Made by a program: the position numbers and the translations under genes | Notes under the pieces: generated by a model | Told to the model about the DNA's origin: nothing | The model's database searches: none | Seen by the model: only the letters and a program-made list of their open reading frames with translations | Part shown: in pieces, positions 1-12,000 of the stretch | Layout: each line of letters begins with the position of its first letter | Numbering within the stretch: the first letter of the stretch is position 1 | Source: Eutreptiella sp. 'Long Island Sound 2002' | Taxonomy: Eukaryota; Protista; Euglenida | Direction of reading: 5' to 3' | DNA length: 64,000 nucleotides | NCBI GenBank assembly: GCA_964036045.1 | Contig: OZ038379.1 | Location: 30,070,001 to 30,134,000, forward strand

Positions 1-81
1 AGAACACACAAAACATGTGCGGAGGGCGCGTCCTGTCGCCTGCTTACACAGACAAGGTGGGCAACCTGTGTCGCAGTCAAG
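1..81 (+). CDS. GLY1: Threonine aldolase domain exon (window-truncated): (E)[26 protein letters not shown]
   Basis: Matches the LTA ENTHNxxGGRVLP motif; donor GTATGT at 82, phase 1. Confidence 0.9.
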
Positions 82-3000
82 GTATGTATATGTGCTGCAG
101 ACACATGTGTGGTGGGCGAGTGGTTGCTTGTGTGGCCTTCTGAGGGTCCGTATTTTCAAAACATGCCTTTCACACCCCTTCGGCTTTCTCCGGATTAAAG
201 GACCACTTGGGGGCTGCATTGTTTTTTAGTATGAGTATGCCCCGTCTTAGTGAGCTCGCATGGCCCCCTTCACCTCAATTTGCTGCGACTGTCTTGAAGA
301 TGCTGCCAACTCAAATCTTCTGAGGGCCAGGTCTAGTGGTTGGGGGCCAAGAAAACATGTTTTTGCGCTTACACGCTTTTTTGTGGTTTCTGTGTCCACC
401 ACCATCATTGCTTTTTGCACTTCAGACATGGCAGGTATCGAACTGACTTCTTGTTTTGCAAACCATGATGTGGTAGGATCAGATGGTTCTGATTCGGGTA
501 GTTTATCCGATGGAAATGGAGATGTGAAGCGGTTGAGGACTGTGGACATGAACAACATAGATGATGATGACTTGCTTGAGGTTCTGGAATGTGTTGGATT
601 GTGATAATGATGACACTTTGATTCATGATGTGGCTGCTGAAGTTCCATCTGCGCTGCTGGCGTTGCTGAAGTTTAAACTCTTTCAACTGATTGAGACTGG
701 GATTTTGCATGGGCCAACACATGGTCGAGGAAAACATGCTGATGGCAATTTCAGTGAGTCTGCGGACTGTAGTGCAAGCAAACGGTATCGCTTCACGGTA
801 GGGTGGCTTCTCGCTTGATATTGGTCATAACTTCGACCTACTTCATGGGGCCCCATCACGTTGGTACATTGCATGAACCTTGCCTGAACGCTGTGTTTCA
901 AGATCAGCGGTACATTGCCACTGATCTGTGGGGGGCACGTCATCTTCAACATTCAACATGCATTTCCCCTCCACTTACGGTAGCCGCCCCCCCCCCCCCA
1001 CAAACATACCCTCCCCTATGTGATGATGCCACAAATTGAGTACTGATGGGACCCCTGTCTGGTGAAGCAACACAGCAGACAGCACATCAATGCAATGCAC
1101 ACCAACGAACACGCAGATGTCGTGCATCTGCCATCCTGTGGTGACTCTGAGTCTGACATAGATGGCAGGCAATGCAGGGTTTGAAGCAGAGGTGCATGCT
1201 GCAAATCTGTATGCTGTTCACATCTCATTCGGGACTACGCTATCCACATGGCTGCCCTATGCATGGTGCTGATTTTCAGGACTCAAATTGCACATTGATG
1301 GGGCACGCATCCTCAACGCTGCCACCGCCCTCGGATGTGAGCCAAGGATGCTGACTCAAGCTGCTGACTCCATTCAGGCATGCCCCCCCGCCTCCACGGG
1401 CCAATGCTCGGCACCCCCTCTCAACTGCTTGTGCACAGGGCTGCCTCCTCCAGGGGCCAAAGGGTGCAGGGAAGGGGAGGGAAGGGGCGTGTGCAGCAAA
1501 AAAACAGTTGGCTGCACAAAACTAAAATATCCACAACCAAGCCATCCCAAAATGCCCTGTCAGAGCAACCCAACAAGGTATGCCCAATTCAATTTGCAAA
1601 ATTTGCCTTGCCCAACCAAACCCAAATTGGCCTAGCCATGCCTTACCCAACCCAAACCCTTAAAAGCCATTGAGGGCTCCTCCGCCGCGCCTTGGGAATA
1701 ATTCGGACAGAAAACAAGACACGCAAATTCATTGTCATTGTATTCACTGGTTTTTGCACACTCCACCCCTCTGCATTGTGCAATAGGTCCCCTAAGCACT
1801 CTTTTTTTTTTTTTCAAGGGCCCACCCTTTTACCCGCATGTGTGGGGGCTCCCTAAGCGATATGGATAGGCCCTTTTCCGGTTGGGGATATGTCTTGGTC
1901 TTGGGTCCTAACTCAACAATATGTCGAAGATATTCAAGATTCATTGCCGATTCGGGCACCCTAGAATCAGCTAAGCGAAACCCATGGCGGTGTGTAAGAG
2001 TGCTTTGAGCGCTAGATGGGGCAAGACGAGGCAGGAACCAAATGTCGGTTTTTGCTCATTGATCCCGCCCTCGAGCTCAGCCCCGGTTTGATGTGGTGGT
2101 GCTCCAAAGGCAAACGCCGGTGGTCACATCATGTGTTCATACGATCCTTATGCTCCTCGATGGTTGGGGCTAAGGACACCCACAGCCACACCCACACTTC
2201 GGTGTGACCCCTTTCAGGTTGGGGATATGGACTAGCCCCTTTCCCGTTGGGGATATGGACTGGCCCCTTTCAGGTTGGGGATATGGATTGCCCCTGTTCT
2301 TTTTGTAGGTAAGTCGTCCAAGGGGCGGTCCTACTTTTCGGCGTTCGGCTAGCACGGTGCCCAACCCCAAACTTGTGTGTGCCCAAACCTAAACCACACC
2401 AAACGCAGTCGCCCCAAAGCGATGGGAGTAGGCACCTAGGAAAGCACTCACCGCATCGCAGCAGTAGTATGCACCGTGTTGTCGTTGTTCGCCGTGACCA
2501 TTGAACCATTTGGCTAGCCCTCAAAATGATTGATGCCCGATTTTTTGTCTAGATTTAGCCCTCTACTCTTCTTTTTATGAGTGCATGGGATGCGCACTCA
2601 GTGTCTCATATTGCGCCTGAGTGGCTTTGGAAGCAGAAGCGGGAATGTGCTACAACCCAGATCATCAAGTGGTTTCCCTCCCCCGACCAAGTGCGCGGGT
2701 TTAGAATGGGTTTCCTACAATGCCATGAAGTCTAACGGGATTGTCGACTGGAAGAAGGTCTCCCACCATTTTAATGCGGCTTGGAGTCTACGTGGTGAGG
2801 ATGTGGAGGAACGATCTTTGCAATGGCGGGCATGGGCCACAAAGGTTAGGAATGCCCTTCGGCAGCGGTATCGTGTTGCACGTGGTACTTTTAAAGGTCG
2901 ACCGCGCCAGAGAAGTCAGAAATAAATTACTCCCCGGATGATGAATAAAGGGGGAGTGGCCGGGGAAGGTAACAAACTGACACTTACATGGGATTGGGCA

Positions 3001-6000
3001 CCCCATGTGGTTTGACTGGAAACACCAACCGATACGAAACTCGAAACGAAACCAAACACTCGCCATGCGGGAATGGGCACTCCATTCGGCAAGGGGGAGT
3101 CGTTGCCAAGCACTTTCTCCTTCGGGGATGGGGTAGCAGGAGCAATGGGGCTCCCCTCCTCGCCGAGGGCATATTGCCCATCATAAACCACAATAGAATG
3201 GTGTGATTCCCTACCATGCTTTGCACATTGGGGAGGGGCCGTAGTCTCTCCATTCTAGAGAGCGATGGTGTCAACGGATCACTGTACACCCCCATAACCC
3301 AACCCAACCGCCACCCACTCAGTGACCTGCTCATCTTGGTATGTGACACATAGCTTGGAGGCTATACAACATATCATTATGAAGGCGCAAGTGTTTGGCA
3401 ATTTTTCTGGTTTTCATATTAATTTGGGCAAGAGCAAAATTTGGTTGCAGGGCCAAGAATCCGTTTGCAGGGTTGGGGATATGTGTGGTTCGGGGGTTGA
3501 ATATCCCGGTGTCCTCCTTGGACATTGTTTGCGCAGCAAAACACAATGTAACAACGGGACTGCACCGGACCTTCTTTGTGCCGGTGTGGTAGGCCTGCCA
3601 AGCGACACGCCCGTGCTGCCCACACCGCGCAGGGTTAGAGCAACACGGAGGATTCTCTCAACAGAAGGCCACAAAAATCAACCATTATAGATGTCTTCGC
3701 CGAGCACCGTCTCATTGTGTTGTTTACCCCCCACCCTATCCCATGCAACCACCTGCCTCACAGACTAATGGCCAAGGCACATGGTAGTCATTTACTTAAC
3801 TCGGAGGCTACCTGATAGGGTACCAGGCAGGGTGGATAGTTTTGTAGAGGTTTTTGGTGGATTTTGGCAAGACGCCCCCCCCCCCCTAGTTTGTTAGAGT
3901 GTAGAGTGGGTTGGTGGGTGGGGTAGGCAAATCTCACTCTGTTGGTTTTGGAGGATTAGGTTTTTTCGTGACAATGCCCATATGTTTTTGTCAATACAGT
4001 TTTCGTGGGTGGTCGGTGAAGAATCCACGTGTCTCCTTGAGGGGCATGCGGCATTTGCTCAACATGTATGGGTTGGATGTTGGGCTAAAACGTGTTGGGA
4101 GCCCATCCACGGGGACAAGGAGAGGGCAAAAGAGGAACAGGAGTGAATAACATGGCCTTGGGGAAGTGTATTTTGTTGCGCCACTTGTGCATGTTCAATT
4201 TTAGGAAGGGGGTCCGAGAAGTCATTTTGAGAAGGGGTTCCTGATCAAAAAGTGCCTCTGGGAACCCCCTAGGGAGGTCTGAGAAGGCAAATACAAAAAC
4301 GGCCCATTAGGGCCGTTTGGCCCGGGACCGAAAATTTTCCTTATGTAGGCACCCAAGAGGCTATGAAAACACCCCCCGTCCAGTGGGACCACCTACATGT
4401 GTTCGGTTTGGAGTCGGGGTCAACCCAATCCGAGAAGGGGGGGGGGTTCCCGCTACCCCCTTCTCGGTTTCACCACATAGTAACCTAATAAGAATTTTTT
4501 TTAAAATTTTTGCTTTTTTTACCTCGAAAAAAAACGTTTTGAAAATTTTTTAAAAATTTTTTTCACTTGGTTTTACTACATTTCACTGGGTTTTACTAGG
4601 GCGCGTACTAGATTTTACGTACTGCCCATTTAGTGGCCGGTGGGCCGATGCAGGCTGTTCAGTAGCACCTGCAAAATTTCAAAACTTTGACAGTTTCTGA
4701 AACCCTTGTCTCGCCCCTGGGATGGGTTTGGGTGATCATTTGGTGACAATACAGGCAATTGAATATTCATGGGGACCCATGTAGTGGCCGCTAGGTCCAT
4801 GTGGCCCGAGCCATGGGCTACCCGCGTACCCTTTGCGAATCGCGCTTTTGAATGAACATGCGCACATCGCTGACTTTTGGCCCGTTTTGCCCGTTATTCC
4901 GTGCCCGTTTGCCCATTTGCCGTGCTTACTTCGCCAAAAAATAAAGAAAATTAAAGGCACGCAAAATGTAGCCCGAGTGGTAGCTAACCTCGCTTAGATT
5001 CGCAAACAATTGTTAAATTCGCACGCATATTCGCATGTCTCGTTCGCATGTCTCGTTCGCATTCACATGTAATTTCCATTCGCGCGAAGATGGCGCGAAC
5101 ATGTCGAAGGTTTTTCAAGTTCCGCTCCTTTCCATGCTTTTGTTCCCCTGTGCAGCTCTCATTTCTCTTGCAATGGCTCTCTCGCAACATGGCAGCGTCC
5201 CAGACCCATGCGCCAACACCCACGCCCATTTTGTGCCCCCTCCCCCCCCCCCGCTGCCCGCACACGTTGGCGGAGGCCACATACACGGGGGTCCAAACCC
5301 TTTGCCCACTCCACCATCTCCCCCACCCTCATCCACATTGACATGAGGGGAATCCGCGTGTGAAGGTGCTCTCCGCAAGAAGGGGTGGACCACAGACCTG
5401 TGGCACCAGCTGCAGCTGGCCCTCCCTGAGTTGAGGGCCATTAGCCTTATCCCCGGTTGACTCCCTCCTGGGGGTCATGTCGCAGTCGGGAGTTTGCACT
5501 GTCTACCCCACCACTAACCTCCTCCACGCCCCCCCCCCCCCCTCCCGCATGGACATGATTGCGTTGAATGAGTACTTCCCTGCCGCTGATCCGCAAGGGG
5601 ACCATTCTTCTTTCCCCTTTCGGTGGCAGACCACCACTACTGAGTGGTGGGATGACTTGGGGCTCTTTCCCGCCCACCCTGAGGTCCCCCCCCTCCACCA
5701 CATCCCCGACACCGCTCTTCCCACGCTTCATCAGATGCGTGGGTTGAGTTGGTATCGGGCATTGGCCGACCCCCCCCCCCTTCATTACCCCCGAACCCCC
5801 TTTGCAAACTGCCCCCTTGCCGGACCCCCCCCCCCGCCTGTGCAATTCCTAACCCATCCCTCCACCCCGACCGTCCTGCACCTCCCATGCCCAAGAACTT
5901 TGTTGATGGGCTTGGGTACACAGTGACCGGAGACGCCCTCACTTCCGCAGACTGCAAGGCGGCTTGGGACCGGGTGGAGAAAGTCTAGGGCAGGGGGGGG

Positions 6001-9000
6001 GGGGATAAAGTTCCACCGTTTTTCGATGTTGTGTTTAACGTACAAAATGTGGAAAAACAATGGGCCGATCCCTCCCTGCCCCGGCACTACCGGTCTAGAC
6101 CGGGCAAAACAGATCAGCTGGCTGGGAGCGTTTTCAAAAAGCTTGTTGCTAACCTGAGGGAGAGGATGCCTGACCCCTTGGCGTTTGTTTACCCCATGCC
6201 CCCGCCTCCGTTATTGTTTCCGATGTGGAGTCTGGCGATCAGTTGGCCCACACGGACACCTCCACCGCCCCCCACGTCCTCCCCCCGTCCGACCGGTCAA
6301 AGTCAGACTCCCACCTTTCCACCTTCGTGGCCCTCTCCCCCCAGTACCGCCTGGCCATTCCACCGGGAACGGCCTTGGGGGAGGCCGAGGTGGAGAGGTG
6401 GGACGAGGTCCTCCTTAACCAAGGGGAGGTTCTCATCATGGTCAGCACCGCCCTGCCATCATGGTCTTCCACCCCCCGCCGTTCAAGACATGCAAGGGGC
6501 CCTGTTCACGCAGTGGACCCCCGACAAAAAGCATGTCAACGTGCTGCCCAACACCACCCACCTCGACCCCCCCACTGACCCGCAGCTCAAGAAATTTTTG
6601 GGGACCCTTGAGCAGCACGAGGTCCCCACGTATGGCCAACTCCTTTTTGTGGGGGGGAGGTTGGAGGCCCATTTGGGGCTAGCCGTGGAGGACCTTTGGG
6701 ATGATGTTTTCAACCCCCCCAAGCCCCGGGTGAAGAAGGCCCCCCCGTGTGCCCCAACCGCCCCACCTTCCTCACCCGCTCGGCGGCGGGCCTCCACCCC
6801 GTGCCCTGGCGGGGAGGTGGTGCTGTGGCGGGGGCCGTACCAGCTTGAGCTGGCCAAGGCCGAGCGGACGGACGGGGATGCCCTGGTGCAGTGGGCAATC
6901 GGTGGGTTCTCGCCGCCAGAACGGCCCGCGAGCTGCCGGCAGCTGCTGAACGAGGCACCGCCGTTGCGCAACGCCCGGCAGACGAAGAAAGGCGGTTGGA
7001 GCATCCGCTGCCCCTGCGAGGTGGAGGTATGGTGCGTGTTGCGTGTTGCCGACCCTGAAATTCGCGCGATTTTCGCGCGACTGTGCCATCTGTGCGCGTT
7101 GTGTAGTCCGTTCGCAACTTGCTTCCCGTTTGCGCACTTCGCGCGAAAATCGCGCGATTTTTGCGCCATTTTCGAGCGATTGTTGATCTCATAGTTCTGT
7201 CTGCTCTTTCGTGATTGCTATTTGTTTTTAGGAGACGTGGAACTACTGTGAGCCTGACCCCGTGCGCTGCGTTGTACGCAGCCGCTATTCGGCCCTGCCC
7301 TGCGGCCTAGTGGAACATTGGGTCGCGTCCACTTTTCTCCTCCCCCTGAGGACATTCCCTGGAGCACCGCTCCAAATGTCTCGGCCTCCCAAGCTGGCCC
7401 AGCTGCCCCGCCACCTTCGCACACGGCGGTCGTGGCGCAGCCCAGCGCACAGACCGGGGCCACCGGTTACCCACCCAACGCCCCCCCCTTTACAGTGCTG
7501 AGCATGCTGCGCGTCCAGCCCCTGTTCGCCCGGAGGCTTGAGCTGCCGGGCCGGAAGCGGGCTAGGATCGAGTTCGTGGCGGCGGCCTGGGAGGTTGATG
7601 TGGAGACGCAGGCGGGGGAGCGCACCCCCGCCTTCCGCATTTCGTTCCCCTGCATTGTCAAGATGGCGGGGGTGCAGCTGAAGGATGGGGAGCAGCTTGT
7701 GGGGCTGTACGCCTACCGGTTGCGGGGGGGGGGGGGGGGCATTGGAATCTGGAGACGGCGGTTCTGGGGAGGTAGGGGGTGGCTGAGGGACAATTGGTTC
7801 GGCACAGGGTAATGCCGATCACCGGGGTGAGGGGGTGGGGGACCGCATGGAGGCGCACATGGACCATGCATGGCTCATGATGCACTCCCATGCGCAGGGG
7901 GAGGCCCGGGTGCACTCGGGGGAGTTGGGGGTGGTGGGGTTTGGGGGGGGAGCGGCGACGACAACGGGGGGGACGACGACGCCTGCTCTCGCAGCAGGGG
8001 GTCCAAGTGTCAGGTGGTGGGGCGGCCCCGCAAGGCCCAGAGGACGCCCCCCCCCACCCCCCTCCCCACTGTCCCCGCTATCACCCCCTCAGCCCAAGTG
8101 GCGGATTGGCTGCAGCAGCAGCAGCAGGCCCAGCCCCAGTGGCAGCAGCGGGCTGTGGCAGCGGAGGGAGAGGTCCTGCACCTGTGGGGGAAGCTGCAGG
8201 ATGCACAACAGGAAGCGCAGTGGGCCTAGGATGCAGCGCAGGCCGCGGAGAGGGAGAGGGACTAGCTTCGCGCGTGGGTGAAGGAGCTGGAGGCACGCAG
8301 ACCAAAGGGACCAGTGCAGCAGCAGCAGCAACAACAGGGGGTGGGGACGGAGGGAGGGAAGGGGGAGGCCTTGCAGTACCTCTTTGGTGCTGCCCACGAA
8401 TGGCGGCAGCGGGCAGAGGCCGCCAGGGGCCAGCTGTCCGCGGTGAGTTCGACAGTGCGACTGTTGCTATCGCAGCAAAGCGGGCGGGGGGCCCAGTCTG
8501 GAAAACTGTCCTCCCCGACTATGGGAAGACAATGACAACCCATGATGATGTGGCCTCCCGGTACCCCACAGAGACCATGGTGAAGGCTGCCTGCACCCCC
8601 GATTTCACCATCCCCCCCCCCCCCAAGGGATCGGGCACGGGGAGCAGTGGGAGCCAGGCTTCCCCGTAGCGCCTTTCTAACCTTTTTGCGTTCCGTTTGG
8701 AACAGTGTTGCGAAGATTGGCAACATTGTACAATATCACATATTACCTTTGTGAACAACGTCGCGAAAATCATGCGAAGATCGCGCGATCTTCGCACGAT
8801 TTGGCACTCCGTGCGCACTTCGTCTTCTATGCGCACCTTGCTTTCGGTTTGCGAACTTCGCGCGATTTTTGCCGATCTTTGAAAAATTTTGTTGTACATT
8901 CCTAGATGGTTGTGAATTGCACTTGGAGTGCGCTGCAAACTGCCACAGGCTGCAACCTTCACAATATGAAGTCACCCGCAATGTTCCACCACATGTTTTT

Positions 9001-12000
9001 TTCCAGTGTTGTTTTATTCTCATGCCTCGTGGCAGTGGTATCCAAGGGAAGGAGCCCCTTCTCCCACGTCAAGTCTAGACAACACAAGGCACGCCGACTC
9101 CAGTCGTTAGAGGATGTCGTCTCCAGGGAGCTAGGTGCACCCTGCACGATGCAACACCTGCCGGAGAGAGGCCAAATCGTGTTGACGCCGGTAGCCCGGG
9201 GGGGGGGGGGGGGTGCAAACCCTATAGCACCATCCCTATCGGAGAAGACCGTGGCGGCGGTGTGGCGCATCCGGTCACTCCATCTATCTAGGACCGAGGC
9301 GCAGTGCCTGACTCCTCATGTAGTTGAAGGTGTACCCTGGGAGGACGTGTGGGCCACAATGCAACAGCTCGCACAGCTTGCAGCGGAGGGCTTTGTTGCC
9401 ATGACGGGTCAGGGTGTGGAGCTCTAAGGTGCCGTATGCCCGTTACCAAAGCGGTTGCAGCACCTATATAGTTGTCGACCGGTGGAACCAGTGCACGTCC
9501 AACAACCCGGTGATGCAAGACTACATTGGATGCCGATTGCGGTGGATGGTACATCACGCCATGAGGCGTTGTATGTCCATTGCACGCTTGGGGGAACGAG
9601 CAGCCCCGATCATCTTGCTAGGTGGTGGCTACTAGGGGGTAGCGAGGAGTGGGCCATATTGTACGCGGCCGCGCAAGAGGTGGACTTCGACCAACAATTG
9701 TGGGACGCAAGTAAGGTTGTATTCCAGGATACCAACAGTTCGGACCACGAAACTCTTTCTTTTTCTGTCTGCCGATGGCAAGGCACACATTTCAATGGCC
9801 AGTTGCAAGAATGCAAGTTGCAAGTTGCAAGAATTGGAAAGCCGAGGCTCCCCAAGCCATGGTGTGTTGGGTATGTGGGTGCAATAGGGCACAATGTCTT
9901 GCCAACTTCGGGTTGGAAGACACCATCAACGGGTGGTGGGATATGGTGCTCCCAATTGGAGCGATACATCGACACATTGCAGCCGACCGCCACATTCCGG
10001 ACTACGGATTGCACGGGGTGCTTTGTGTCACTATATGTCGTGTATTGGGCATGCGCGCCGCAGTGGCGGGAGCAACGGGCAAGTCCGCCGCCGCCGTTGT
10101 GCGCAATTTGTTTTAGCCCATTCTAGACGTTGCCCGCATTCAAGCGAAGACGGTAACAAAGGGGAGGTTGAACAATGACAAGGCAAACGGGAAGGGAAAG
10201 GTTAGGTTGGAGTGTGCCGCGGTTGTGCAATTCATGCACATCCGGCGGTGGGAGGCACTCATTACAATATGCCTTGAGGAGGGGGGAATGAACAACAAGT
10301 GGGTGGGCGGCAGACTATGGGGTGATGTTTGTAGGGAGTGGTGGGACGACTTTGCCAAGATGTGTGTGTATGCATGGCAAACCGGATGGCTGTCCGGGGG
10401 GGGACGTAGGAAGGCTTCGCGAATGTAGCATACGAATGGGCAAGGCCCACTTAGTGTTACAGTGGCCTAAGCTGCTGTGGTCACATCTGTGGATTGACCA
10501 CATGTATTTCTTTGCCCGCAAGTGGAGAATCCTCTCCAAGTTTTCATGCTTTGCCATGGAAGGCAGCCACCGTAGGCTAAAGCGCATGCTGCGCAATAGT
10601 GGGGGCCTAAGCCTCCTGTGTGGCCGCCTTGGTGTGCAGGTGTTGACAACCACACCATAGATGACAGCCTCCGTCGAGAGGGGTGGGATGTTACCGAGAG
10701 GTCCATGCGTGGGCAAGGGCCCGTGACAGTGCGGCATTTGGCGCGGCGTGCCCGCAAGAGGTCACTTAGTGACCTTAACTATGTACAAATCCTCTCACAG
10801 CGTTTCAGACGCCGCCGCAAGCGGTTGGCCTAGGACATGCGGACATGGGACCATGGGTTGTGGTGGCTCTACGTACTTGAGTTGGTGCACGCCACACGGT
10901 GGAGGTGTGTGCGTGCGCGAAAATGAATGCGAAAATCGCGCGATTTTCACGCGAATATTTGCTGTATATACACGTTCGCATTGCCGCCGCAGACATAGGG
11001 AAAGTCCGCGGTAGGATTAGGGCATTTTGTGGGGCACCGTGGCACCATGGCTTTTGAAAAAGGGGCCGTTTCTTTTCATGGGCACCCGGATTTTGTTTTT
11101 TTAGAATTTTTAGAAATATTGCTACCATCCCAACTCTGTGAAAATAGTTGTTCCTGGTAAGAATCGTTCATTTGTGCAACCATATTCGTGCGATTTTCGC
11201 TCCCCATTCAAAAGTTCCTTTACCGGCCGTTCACAAAGGGTACACGAAAGCCACGCAATTGCTATTGTGCAGGACGTTTAGTGGCACCCGAAGATTTTTT
11301 TTGAAAAGTTACGTTTTTTTGAAACTCTTGTGCTGCCCCTAGGATGGCTTTGCGTGATCATTTGGTGACAATACGGGCGGGCCATGGGCCCCCCGAAAGC
11401 CCCGAAGCCCCCCCTCCCTGCCCCCAAGGATGAATCCGGCCAACAATTAGTCGTCTCTCTTTGAGGCAATAGGATTACTGATTGTGGGTCGTTCACCGCC
11501 CGTTGCTACGCATGACTCATAGGGGTGCTGTACGGAAGGCCGTTTGGGCTTCACCGAGCAAGAGGCCATTGTTGGGTTGGGCCAAACGCGTGACCTCGAC
11601 CCCACCGTGCCCCCGGGCCGGGTCCAAGGGGAGGGAGGGGGGGTGAGACTGTGTTGGACCCAAATTGCGGGCCGAGCTCCGCAGTGTGAGGTTGGAGTGG
11701 AGGGTGGTCACCGCAACTCAGCAGGCTAACCCATTGAATTTGTGTGGGCTGCCAAAAGGCCTTTTGGGCAGCTCCTATGTCGGCTGCCAACGAGCGGGCG
11801 GCTGTCCCACCGATCTATGCCAACGCCATGATGCATGCACGCAAGGCGCCGCAAAAGGGCCAAAGGCTGCGTGCACGGGTGCTGCAAGAGGTGTGGGGGG
11901 CGTCGGTAGGGGCACCACGGCGGCTGTGGGTGATGGTGCTGCCGCGGAAGGTGCATGAGCCTAGGGAGGGGTGGAGGGCGCCCCGCTACGTGCCCGGGAG

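Noticed and set aside
260-1040. Acidic ORFs in intron 1 as a gene
   Set aside because: They are short, interrupted by stops and have no recognisable motif; probably a transposon relic.
6031-7194. 387-aa ORF as an intact host gene
   Set aside because: It is a mosaic of frames across poly-C slippage sites within the decayed intron-2 element, and its end runs into a palindromic spacer.
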